Source: Barthelona sp. PAP020 (Eukaryota). Taken from it: a stretch of 20,000 nucleotides of DNA. Below, piece after piece: positions 8,789 through 18,147 of the stretch (position 1 is its first letter; the number at the start of each line of letters is the position of its first letter). The stretch is from assembly GCA_040182905.1 (NCBI GenBank), contig JARQWU010000004.1, forward strand, positions 45,170-65,169, read 5' to 3'. The translations under genes and the position numbers were made by a program. The notes under the pieces are model-generated. The model did not search any database and had not been told where the DNA came from. It saw only the letters and a list, made by a program, of their open reading frames with translations.

Positions 8789-8950
8789 TATAAATACAAA
8801 AAAAAAAAATAAATCCAAGCTTGGAAATTTGCTTCTTTCTAATATGTCCAATTCTTCAAATCAATCAAAAAAACAAAACCTTTAAAAAGAAAAATAGAGA
8901 CTATTTTATAAACCGAAAATGAATTAAAAAAAAAAGAACAATAAAAATGA

Positions 8951-10062
8951 CTAAATTGGGTTCTGCATCCTGAAGTGGGCTTTGTTATTGTTGATATCAC
9001 CAATTTTTAATGAATTGTATGTCTTGTTGATCTGATTGTAAATGAATACGCTTGCTTCATGAATTTCATGAGATCTATCATTGAAGTTAACGTTCTTTTG
9101 ATTGTAATATTGTAAAAGGGATCTTTTACCATTGGTAGTGTTACTCATGTTCATATATCTATGGTTGAGTCTGGGATCTTGATATTTAACAAGGCCTTTT
9201 CCTAATTTAGCTTGATTAACAGCTGCTTCAGCTTCATATCGAACACCGCGATGATAAATCTCACTTCCATCGCTAAAAATCAATTTTTGCCCATCCTTAG
9301 TCACGCCAACTGGTAAGTTCAATTCAGGCATCTCATAATAAACTGATAGTTCGGGATAAGTATCGAAAGATAACATACAATGCCTTTGATCTCTCATATG
9401 ACTCTGTAATGCTTCTAAAGACCTACCATTTCTGTAAGAACAACCAACACAACGATGATGAACACAGATTGTTTCCGCAATCCACTCTATCAATCCTTCC
9501 AAATCAGTGCAATAATTTAGCATTGGAATCGTAAAACCATGTGCAGAATACATATGATCCATCCAATCTTCAAAGTTATCAAAAGTTTCAGGGCAAAAGA
9601 AACACTGACCATCAATAAGTTCAAATTCTTGAAAATTATCAAATGGAATTTCTTCAATTGCTTTTTGTATAGCTTCGTCAACAGAAGAAACAACACCAGA
9701 AGAAAAAATTTCCTGAGCTTTAGCCATCCTTGCATTCTTTAAATGCTTTTTAGATTGCATATGATTATTGTAAGATTTTTCTTTCTTGAATGTTTTGTGA
9801 CATAGACTACATTTGTATTCGGTAGGTAATATATTTTTTTCATTTTCTAATAACTGAGCTTGAAAGTCTTCAAATTCTTCTAAAGTCAATGTTAATTCTT
9901 TAGTTAATCGTCTCCTTTGATTTTCTTGATGCCAAAGGCTTTTAAAATGATCCCTTTTTTAGGTTAGTCAAAAAAACATATAAAATGATAAAAATACTGT
10001 TGTTCTTTGAGTTCTGAAAACATAACACCACAAGAATAGCATTTGTAAGTTTGTGAATCCAT
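8951..10062 (-). CDS. REI1: Rei1/ZNF622 pre-60S maturation factor; exons 10062-9998 and 9953-8951 (355 aa)
   Basis: Splicing gives MDSQTYKCYSCGVMFSELKEQQDHFKSLWHQENQRRR, the Rei1 first C2H2 finger. Then YKCSLCHKTF..E.SY.NHMQSKKH, CFFC...HM.SAHGF.IP...Y.TDLEGLI, C..C...SLEALQSHMRD..HC, and the C-terminus HFRMQNPI. Confidence 0.93.
9954..9997 (-). other. Spliceosomal intron, 44 nt, GT-AG, phase 2
   Basis: Minus strand reads GTATTTTTATCATTTTATATGTTTTTTTGACTAACCTAAAAAAG, with branch point TGACTAAC. It contains an in-frame TAA, and its removal restores the Rei1 zinc finger. Confidence 0.9.
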
Positions 10063-10162
10063 TTTAAATTAGAAAAAATTCTTTCCAAATTTTCACATTT
10101 TTCATAATCAAAAATAATAACAAAAATACAAACAAATATTTATATAAAAAGGATATCACCTA

Positions 10163-10663
10163 TTAATCATTTTTTTTGGATTTAGAATCTGTTTCTTTTT
10201 TGGATTGATTTTCACTTTCATCTTCAACTTTTTCTTCTTCAATTGCATCATCCATCTCGTTATTCATTTTATAATTTTCATCAACAATAGGTTGAATTGT
10301 GTTAGTTATTGTTTCATTAAATTCTTTCCATTTCTTTTCTTCTTTCCAAAGTTTATAAACTGAACGCCAAACAACAACATTAATACCTATCAAAGCAAAT
10401 ACTGTTCCTACTAATGTTCTTTGAAGTTTATTGCGAATAGTTTTAAAGAATACTTTTGTTGAAAGAAAATACAATAAAATTGGGATTGTAACCAAAAAAA
10501 AAGCTTGTTTCACCAAAGCAAGAGGTGGAGGTCTCATTGGTAATAAATCTTGAGGAAGAAATGGTAAATCTGTATTGTTTGTGGGAATAAAATTGGTATC
10601 ATTATCATTATCATTACCATTAATAGATTCATCATTATTTAAGTTATTTTTTAGTTCTGCCAT
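10163..10663 (-). CDS. VMA21: VMA21-like V-ATPase assembly factor (2 TM, ER retrieval signal)
   Basis: ATG 10663 (MAELKNN). FFLVTIPILLYFLS...TLVGTVFALIGINVVVWRSVYKLWKE matches the Vma21 pattern (TLPI..YF...A+...N+V+..Y+..A..E). The C-terminus KKND is a KKXX motif. Confidence 0.7.
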   Translation of the reverse strand: MAELKNNLNNDESINGNDNDNDTNFIPTNNTDLPFLPQDLLPMRPPPLALVKQAFFLVTIPILLYFLSTKVFFKTIRNKLQRTLVGTVFALIGINVVVWRSVYKLWKEEKKWKEFNETITNTIQPIVDENYKMNNEMDDAIEEEKVEDESENQSKKETDSKSKKND

Positions 10664-10726
10664 TGAAATTAACAAAAAAGAAAAAGAAAAAACAACAAAA
10701 AATATTTTTTACATACTTCAAATGTA

Positions 10727-13700
10727 TCAATTTGATTGCCAAATTGATATTTTGTGATCACTATAAACTTTAATACTGAATTCAACTTCTTTTTGTTTAC
10801 AATCTTGCATAAAAACCACAATAGAATGCTTTTTCAAAGAAAGTAACGAAGAAACATTAAAAACAAAGCTGTCTGTTCTTTTTTTGCAAAGTTTAGGCTC
10901 GATAACGTATTGAAAAGGTACACTTTTTGAAATAGGGATGATATCATGTTTTAGGACGTTTGCAAATAACGGAATAATATCATCATCCCCAAAACAATTC
11001 AATTGGGTTATTTCAACGTAGATATCATGAAATCGATGAATTTCTTCAATATTTAAAACGAATTGAGGTAGAAATTTAAATATCTCATTTGATGGAGGTG
11101 TGTTTCTGTCTTTAAATACACACACATTGCTGGTTTTAGAATATATGATAGATTCTTGCATGAAATCAAATATAGGCCCCGTGATTATTGCTCTGGTATG
11201 CTTAATCAACTCATCATAGGAAATCCAAACCCCTTTATCTTTATAAAAGGGCGAAATATTTGAATAGGCATCGTCAATGAGATCTGATGACCATCTGTCA
11301 GATGATGAAAAAAACACTTTTATATTCTCGTCTTTAAAGAAACTCTTAATAGAGGCAAATGTTTGTTGAACAGGAATAAGAAAGATCAACTGCTCATATG
11401 AATCACGTCTTTGAGATACAGCAGTGATATGAAACCGTTTTTCCTGATCATCTTTGCATACAAATTCAACAACATTACAATTTGAATATTCTTGCAGATT
11501 TGAAGCTTGTTTTAATGATTGATAGATGAAAGAGGAAAGAAAAGGATTGACGAGATTCCGACGATTGTAGACGTTCTTTTGTGTATTGATTAAAAGTTTT
11601 AAAGCAGTAGAAAAGGTGAAATATTTTTGATAAATATTCAATGAACCACCAAAGAAAATGATTAAAGCCTTCTCTAAAAGGGGAATTAAAAACGCTTTGG
11701 GATTTTTTCTGGAATGGTTTCTTTTCAAATCGACCACATCATCTATCAAAAGGTATTCTTCCTCCTCATGACAGTAAAGCTTGATCACAAATAAACCATG
11801 TTTAAAACTATACCTGATGATATTTTTGAATTCCATTTGATAGTAAGCCATAAAATCGATGATTTCTTTCATTGTTTTGTTGGTTATATGTCCGTTTTCT
11901 TCGTTAAAGTCATGAATTGTCCCAATAACACAATCTTTGTGACGATACACATCTGAAATTTTAATTTTGCCTATACTATCTCTGTTTCTCTCATTTTCTT
12001 CATTATTTCTCTGATCTTCATTTTCTTGAGTATCAACCACTAAATCTGAAACAACTCCTTTCTGTTGATCTAAACTAAAGACAGTGAGCATATCAAATAC
12101 ATCTAAATCATCGTCTTTATTCATATCTGAAAGAATAACTTCGTTAAAAAACAAGTGTGATATTCTTTGAAATTCCAAATTGTTGACTGAATAAAGTTTC
12201 ATAAAATTTTTATTGAAAAATTCATTAAAACGATCAAAACCTGCTAAAGCTTCCAAATCTCCTGTATCCTCATAATTTTTCAAATTTTTATGCATTTTGA
12301 AAAACTTTATGAAATATTTCAAATATTTCGTGTATTCATCAACTTCTAAACTTTGAAATAAAAGAATATTCTCTTGAAAAATCATTTCTCTTACCGCATG
12401 TTCATTATTGATCAAAGTATCCATTTTATTGTTTGTATCTGAATCATTAATTTTGGCAACATCCTTGACAAAAAAATTGTCAGCTGTTTCTTCATCAATG
12501 ACAACATGAATGGGAATATCATACAGTTGTTCGGTATAATTGTTAGTTGGTAAGGTATGATTATGAACACTGTTGTAAGTTTGAACATTTGGAGAACTAG
12601 CATCTGTAAGAGTTGCAGTGTTAAGTGAAGGGGTGGTTGAAAACAAGTTTTTATAACTAGTATCCATTTGAAGGATAGATGAGTTATCAGATATTGAAAT
12701 ATCTCTAAAGCTTTGTAAATCTAAAGGGATTAAAGGAAATTCAGCAGTATTTACCACTTGACTTGATAATCTTTTCAAAGTCTTTTGGTAACTCTTAGTG
12801 AAACCATAGAAATCTTTCAAAACAATCCAAGTAACCTTAGCATCTTCTCTAACTTTACTAACATTGAAATTAAATGAACGTTCATGTTTCCATTCTTGTA
12901 TTAAATGATGTCTATTGGCATTTACACGATTGGTAATCAAAACCATAATAAAATAAAAGTAATAATGCTTTTCAATCTCCAATTCTAGATTACTGTTAGC
13001 AAACAGAGAATGATTTTCTGAAACAAAATCACTTTCATCAATCTTAAGTTGACTTTTGTTTAATAAATGATTTTCAAATGTATTTTTTGTATTTTTTGAA
13101 TTTTCTCTCTTAAAATTTTCAATAAATAATAATAAAGCATCAAGTTGTTCATTTTCTTTCTTTGGTTTATTTTTTTGTTTATTCTTGGTGTTCAAATTTG
13201 TTTCATAATATTTTTTTTTTGTAAATGCATGAATTGATTCTAGCATAGATGGAGATTTTACATAGATGGTTGAATCAATCAAATAACTAATAACTTTTTC
13301 TAACATTTCAACATTTAATGTCTTACTGATCTTTTCATTTAAAATCATTGAATCTGTCTTATTAAATAAGGTCATCCAAATGAAACAAGCAGTTGAAATG
13401 AAAATCACTAAAATACTGTTGTAATCTCTATAAAATACCATTAATTCAACCTTTAATGCAATAAAACAAAACAATATAATATAAACAGCACGATAATAAG
13501 CAGAAATATTTCTGATTATCTGATTATTCTTGAAAAAATAAACAAAAGCATTGAAATCTGTATCGACGTATAATAAATGTTGATTCTTTAAAGAACCTAA
13601 ATGTCCCAATAATATAACTGGAGAGGATAAAAATAAAACAGTGAACACAATGAAAAAAAAAGAATAAGTTGAGATATACATATAAGAAAATGAATCGTCC

Positions 13701-16072
13701 ATAATATTGAAAGGTAAAAAATACAAGATCATGAAGAGAACAGTATTAAAAAAACATAAAAATAAAGCAATATGATGAAAGATTCGGGTACGTTTGGGAA
13801 ACATCCTTAACCAAACAAATAAACTTAATAAAAAAGTAAAAGGGTATAATATGAAGATTAACAGATGTGAATAAACAGTTTCTTTATTATAAAAAGTGAT
13901 AAAAAATTTGATCACTAAAATGATGTAAAATGATGTTTCAATAATTATATTAAAATAGTAAGATGAACGATGTTGTTTACATAACCTTTGATTAAAATAG
14001 ATTAGAGTTTGAAAAATACAAATAACTTGAAATATTATTAAATTGCTGAAAGAAAACATTGTTTTGATTTCAAAATAAGATGTAAACATGAATAAATAAC
14101 TTGTATAAATATTCAATAATAGAACATACACAGTTCTATTCATCTTTTTGAAACTTACAAATATTTTGATGAGAAAGAACTGAAATACTGCAAATTTATT
14201 GATGGTATCAAATTTTTGATTGAATAATATCAAAAATCTCATAAATAATATGAAACAAAAAAATTCAACAAATTTCAAATATTTCCAGAAATATTCTCCG
14301 TTGAAATGGAAGTTGCTATTCTTTCCTCTACTTTTTTTAATTTTTTTTAATTTTTTGATGAAATTGGTTGAATAATCAAAATAACCATTGATATCACTAT
14401 TCATTAAGTACAAAATAATTAAAATGATGAATATTATGGAAGGATTCAATGATGTTTTAAATATTAAAGGAAAACCAAAACCAAACAAAGTTGTACAAAT
14501 TAAAAAAAGTAAAGTTAAAAAGATGAAAGTTTTAAAACGTCTTGGTAAAATGTTAACATTTTCATACATGTATATTTCTTGTGAAAAGACATCACTGATT
14601 TCGTTTAAATCAATATTTTCAGTAATATAACTGAAAAACACTTGAAAATACTCCAAAAAATATTTACTACATATCTTTTCTCCAAAAGTTTTAAAGGGAA
14701 TGAAAAGAAATGGTAATAAACAGTAAAAGAATTCATAACCAATCGTATAATGTAAAAAATGTAAAGCAAAAAATAAGAATATCACTAAAATGTTCATACT
14801 AACAATCAAAATAAATAAGGAATTGTTTAACACTTCAAATAAAAAAAATTTCTTTTCACCTTCTACCAGTTCTTCCTCCACAACTTCTTCATCATCTTCT
14901 ACTTCTTTTTGTTCTTTTTGTCGCTGTTCTTCTACTTCTTCTTTTTCTCCAATAAAATTAATCATTTCATCAAATCTAACCTTCATTCGTCTTTTTTGCC
15001 TTTCCTCATCTTTAAAACCAGTTCCAATTTCCATCTTTTTCTTCCCCAATATTTGTGATTGCGTTGGTGTTACTTGCTTTTCTTCCTCAATTAACAACTC
15101 ATCATTCATTGGCTCAAAATGATCAAAGTTATAAAAAAATTCCATCTCCATCTCATCCTTCTTCACATTGTGATAAAACAAATACAAAAAAATAACAATG
15201 AAACTACCAATTGAAACCATTATAGCCCAATACAGTTTGAATTTAAATAGGTCAATATCCAATAAGATACCAAAAATAGAACAACAAATCAAAGGTATCG
15301 ATACACGATATAATGGTTGAAGTTCCATTATTTTAGAAGGTAAAAAACTTATAACCAATGAATAAACAAAAAAAAGTATGAAACAAACCACACAGAAAGT
15401 ACAAAAGTTAAAGACTAATTGAGCATTGTAACTAACATTAAAACCATGTATAAAAACACTCCCAATCGCACATACAATGATAATAAATGCCGTTATTATG
15501 AATTTAGTAATAACTTCAAAATTACTGATATAATTATCCGCAAATCGTCTCTTTTTTATTGATTCCAAATATTTGACCAAAGATTTAAGAGGAATCTCAG
15601 AATAATGCATAGACTTACCAGGCAAATATAAAAACGTAACTAAAATGATTAAATATATGAATTTGGTCATATAATAGTCTAAATACGTCATAATTTCACA
15701 TACATAACATCCAATCACAATAGCTAACATGTATTTCGATACATTCTTTTTTAGTATCTTTATTTTCTCCAAAAATATCGAAATTATAAATCCTCGGATG
15801 CAAATACCAAATATTAAACTTAATATCTGTTCATATGTCGAAACATTTTGCCCCGAATATGATTTTTGCAAATAATTTAAAAAAATTACAAAAATTATTT
15901 GTATTAAACATAAAGCAATAATTAAAAATTGTTCAACATTAAATAAAGGTCTTGTTTGATTGTTTAATTTTCTTTTTAAATCAATATTTGATATGTAAAG
16001 CAAAAAAAATGCAAAAGACACATAACCAAAACTTAAAATGATAAATATTAAACTTTTTGTATCATATGTCAT
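10727..16072 (-). CDS. Large multi-pass membrane calpain-like protein (DEK1-type TM-linker-CysPc-C2L), catalytic triad apparently absent
   Basis: Roughly 20 hydrophobic segments in the first ~900 aa, split by a charged loop. CysPc-like motifs GLFVIKLY, LLIDD, LIPLLEKAL..FGGS and DKGVWISYDEL; C2L-like FKFLPQFVL..., VEITQ and EFSIKVYSD. First in-frame ATG is 16072; the track start at 16135 is TTG, so the start is uncertain. Confidence 0.75.
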   Translation of the reverse strand: MTYDTKSLIFIILSFGYVSFAFFLLYISNIDLKRKLNNQTRPLFNVEQFLIIALCLIQIIFVIFLNYLQKSYSGQNVSTYEQILSLIFGICIRGFIISIFLEKIKILKKNVSKYMLAIVIGCYVCEIMTYLDYYMTKFIYLIILVTFLYLPGKSMHYSEIPLKSLVKYLESIKKRRFADNYISNFEVITKFIITAFIIIVCAIGSVFIHGFNVSYNAQLVFNFCTFCVVCFILFFVYSLVISFLPSKIMELQPLYRVSIPLICCSIFGILLDIDLFKFKLYWAIMVSIGSFIVIFLYLFYHNVKKDEMEMEFFYNFDHFEPMNDELLIEEEKQVTPTQSQILGKKKMEIGTGFKDEERQKRRMKVRFDEMINFIGEKEEVEEQRQKEQKEVEDDEEVVEEELVEGEKKFFLFEVLNNSLFILIVSMNILVIFLFFALHFLHYTIGYEFFYCLLPFLFIPFKTFGEKICSKYFLEYFQVFFSYITENIDLNEISDVFSQEIYMYENVNILPRRFKTFIFLTLLFLICTTLFGFGFPLIFKTSLNPSIIFIILIILYLMNSDINGYFDYSTNFIKKLKKIKKSRGKNSNFHFNGEYFWKYLKFVEFFCFILFMRFLILFNQKFDTINKFAVFQFFLIKIFVSFKKMNRTVYVLLLNIYTSYLFMFTSYFEIKTMFSFSNLIIFQVICIFQTLIYFNQRLCKQHRSSYYFNIIIETSFYIILVIKFFITFYNKETVYSHLLIFILYPFTFLLSLFVWLRMFPKRTRIFHHIALFLCFFNTVLFMILYFLPFNIMDDSFSYMYISTYSFFFIVFTVLFLSSPVILLGHLGSLKNQHLLYVDTDFNAFVYFFKNNQIIRNISAYYRAVYIILFCFIALKVELMVFYRDYNSILVIFISTACFIWMTLFNKTDSMILNEKISKTLNVEMLEKVISYLIDSTIYVKSPSMLESIHAFTKKKYYETNLNTKNKQKNKPKKENEQLDALLLFIENFKRENSKNTKNTFENHLLNKSQLKIDESDFVSENHSLFANSNLELEIEKHYYFYFIMVLITNRVNANRHHLIQEWKHERSFNFNVSKVREDAKVTWIVLKDFYGFTKSYQKTLKRLSSQVVNTAEFPLIPLDLQSFRDISISDNSSILQMDTSYKNLFSTTPSLNTATLTDASSPNVQTYNSVHNHTLPTNNYTEQLYDIPIHVVIDEETADNFFVKDVAKINDSDTNNKMDTLINNEHAVREMIFQENILLFQSLEVDEYTKYLKYFIKFFKMHKNLKNYEDTGDLEALAGFDRFNEFFNKNFMKLYSVNNLEFQRISHLFFNEVILSDMNKDDDLDVFDMLTVFSLDQQKGVVSDLVVDTQENEDQRNNEENERNRDSIGKIKISDVYRHKDCVIGTIHDFNEENGHITNKTMKEIIDFMAYYQMEFKNIIRYSFKHGLFVIKLYCHEEEEYLLIDDVVDLKRNHSRKNPKAFLIPLLEKALIIFFGGSLNIYQKYFTFSTALKLLINTQKNVYNRRNLVNPFLSSFIYQSLKQASNLQEYSNCNVVEFVCKDDQEKRFHITAVSQRRDSYEQLIFLIPVQQTFASIKSFFKDENIKVFFSSSDRWSSDLIDDAYSNISPFYKDKGVWISYDELIKHTRAIITGPIFDFMQESIIYSKTSNVCVFKDRNTPPSNEIFKFLPQFVLNIEEIHRFHDIYVEITQLNCFGDDDIIPLFANVLKHDIIPISKSVPFQYVIEPKLCKKRTDSFVFNVSSLLSLKKHSIVVFMQDCKQKEVEFSIKVYSDHKISIWQSN

Positions 16073-16286
16073 CACAAAAAACTCAAAATTCTTTAAATTA
16101 TTGTCCTTCACAACATAAAAAAATTTTTTTTTCAAAAATCATTCATTTAAAAAACAAATTAATCTTTCAATCATTTATATTTAATAACAATAAAACATCA
16201 AACCAACTAAAAAAAAAAAGAAAACTGTGGATTCATCTTTCACTTGCCAAAAAAAAAGTCAAATTGTGGAATAAGTTCATATAAAT

Positions 16287-16595
16287 TTAACGATATTTTC
16301 TAAAGCTTGTTTCAACTTTAAGAGCACGTTCATCACGGACAGCATTAACCTTTTCGGCGGCTTTATCAATCACTTCATTTGGAATTCTAATATGATTTAT
16401 CATTTGACCTTTGATAAATATTTCTGGAATTTGTTTGAACGTTTCTCCATCAGCAGATGTATATATAGCTTGAATTAAAACAATATCCATATATCTATCA
16501 ATTTCCTTTAAAATTCCATTATAAGTGGCGCCACTTTTCAATTCAACTAAAACTGCGCCATCTGTAGCAATATTTAACACAGACAGTGGAAACAT
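16287..16595 (-). CDS. LSM4: U6 snRNA-associated Sm-like protein LSm4 (102 aa)
   Basis: MFPLSVL..A....VLVELKSGATYNG.L...D.YM...TSADGETF..IPEIFIKG..I..IRIPNEVID mirrors LSm4 (MLPLSLL...LVELKNGETYNG...TSRDGDKF..MPECYIRG...LRIPDEIID). True ATG is at 16595. Confidence 0.9.
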   Translation of the reverse strand: MFPLSVLNIATDGAVLVELKSGATYNGILKEIDRYMDIVLIQAIYTSADGETFKQIPEIFIKGQMINHIRIPNEVIDKAAEKVNAVRDERALKVETSFRKYR

Positions 16596-16638
16596 ATTAA
16601 CAATAAAATATTTTAATTTATATATTTTTTTAATTAAC
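16596..16638. promoter_or_regulatory. 43-bp bidirectional intergenic region (LSM4 / ENT gene)
   Basis: Only 43 almost purely A/T bases separate the two divergent ATGs. Confidence 0.55.
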
Positions 16639-17502
16639 ATGAGTGCTTCTAACAAACAAAAACAAGGTCGAGATCTTGTAGAAAATATACGTGAATTAGA
16701 TTTATTGGCTTTTGAAGCAGTGTTATCTGCTTTAAAAGTTCGAGGTGTTCCTTATTTTAAAGTTGGACCCATTATATCAAGATTACAGGAGACATTGAAC
16801 ATTAGTGTTGATTATCTTGAAGCTTTTAATGAGACTATTAATGATTCTGGCATTTTGAACGAAATGGAGTCCACATTTCAGTCTTCTTCTGCCCGTGCAT
16901 TATTGGAAGCAACACCAAACATTCAAGATTTTTTAACAATTCATCCTCCTTCTTTATTGGTTGACAGACCTGTTTCTTCTGATGCTGCAATATTAGCCAG
17001 ATCTTCTCTTTATAGCTATATTAATAATTTAGGAACTGCTAATCATCAAATTACTGACTTATTTTTAACCAAAACAAAATTCTCGTTGAAAGAAAAGAAA
17101 GCTCTTGCTTCATTATTGACCACTGAAATTGGTGGTAGTATTGACAGTCACATTGCATCAATTGCATCTGAAGCTTTAAATACGGAAATTGATGTAGTAA
17201 ATCAATTGTTGGATGAACTTGAAGAGAACGAATCAATAGAATTGAATGATAACGATGATAACGATGATAATGATGGGAATGAAGAAGATCAAGACGAAGA
17301 AGAAGACGATGAACGAGATGATGAAGAGGAAGATCATGAAGAAGAAGAGGATGAAGAAGAAGAAATAGAAGAAGATATTGTGGATTCAATTGATACTGTT
17401 GATGTAAATGAAGATGATAATGAAGTTGATGATGAAGCTGAAAAGGAGAATATTGAAGTGCATGATAACGATGGATCCAATATGCAAGATATTGAACAAT
17501 AG
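16639..17502 (+). CDS. ENT (EMSY N-terminal) domain protein with long acidic tail (287 aa)
   Basis: ATG 16639 (MSASNKQ). IRELDLLAFEAVLSALKVRG...IISRLQETLNIS.D...INDSGIL resembles the ENT domain (LRKLELEAYAGVISALRAQG...LLGELSKVLSIS...VNDERL). The D/E-rich tail is about 95 aa. Confidence 0.7.
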   Translation: MSASNKQKQGRDLVENIRELDLLAFEAVLSALKVRGVPYFKVGPIISRLQETLNISVDYLEAFNETINDSGILNEMESTFQSSSARALLEATPNIQDFLTIHPPSLLVDRPVSSDAAILARSSLYSYINNLGTANHQITDLFLTKTKFSLKEKKALASLLTTEIGGSIDSHIASIASEALNTEIDVVNQLLDELEENESIELNDNDDNDDNDGNEEDQDEEEDDERDDEEEDHEEEEDEEEEIEEDIVDSIDTVDVNEDDNEVDDEAEKENIEVHDNDGSNMQDIEQ

Positions 17503-18147
17503 ATAATTGTTTGTGTTTTGCGTTATAAAAGAGTTTAATAAGTGTTTTTTATTTATGTTAGTTACCACCTTTAGAAAAATCCAAAGTGAATGAAATAAAG
17601 AAAGATGTTATTGAATTGGCAAATAAAAAATGGGAATCTTTGTTTAAAAAAGACACCTTAAACGGTTAGAATAAAATAAATACAAAACATTATTTATGTT
17701 TGTTGATTTTTTTATTTGAAACTACTGAAGGAATAAATCAAACGAAGAACGAAAAAGTTTTGGATTTTCTTTTTCCAAAACAACTCAAAAGTCTGTAATT
17801 GATCTTTCACAAATAAAAATATCTAAAGAAACAATAAAAAAAAAGGACTTTTTGAGAAACAAATATTTACTATGAGAAAAAAACCGGATTTATTCAAATA
17901 CAATAAAATTGCATAAACAATAATATTAACTTATTATTTATTTATGCAAATGTAAGTGAATAAAACATTTGGATGAATCATTTCAATTTTGTGAAGTTTT
18001 TGTTTGTTTTCCAAAGTCAAAAATAAAATCAAAATCTTATTTTTTAATTATTGTAAACACAAAAAAACAAAAAAGTTGTTCTATTTTTGAAAACAAAAAA
18101 GAACAAAAATGAGACACACATATATTGAAAAATGGCAAAATATACAA

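Noticed and set aside
9517..15122. ORFs 9517-9735, 9539-9742, 10575-10757, 12412-12603, 14388-14630 and 14790-15122
   Set aside because: Shadows of the REI1, VMA21 and calpain genes; the Ser-rich one is the antisense of the Glu-rich loop.
16073..16146. Alternative calpain start at ATG 16146 if the A5 run at 16134-16138 were A6
   Set aside because: It requires an unverified homopolymer error and cannot be supported without reads.
17221..17440. GAA/GAT triplet-rich repeat
   Set aside because: It simply encodes the acidic tail and is not an independent repeat element.
16057..17568. ORFs 16057-16284, 17051-17389, 17386-17568 and the overlapping non-ATG 5' extensions of LSM4 and the ENT gene
   Set aside because: These are A/T spacer or antisense of the acidic tail; homology places the real starts at 16595 and 16639, so the genes do not overlap.
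17559..17798. TAG reassignment or readthrough (one + frame broken only by TAG codons)
   Set aside because: TAG terminates REI1 at its conserved C-terminus and ends other genes, and the long ORFs contain no in-frame TAG.
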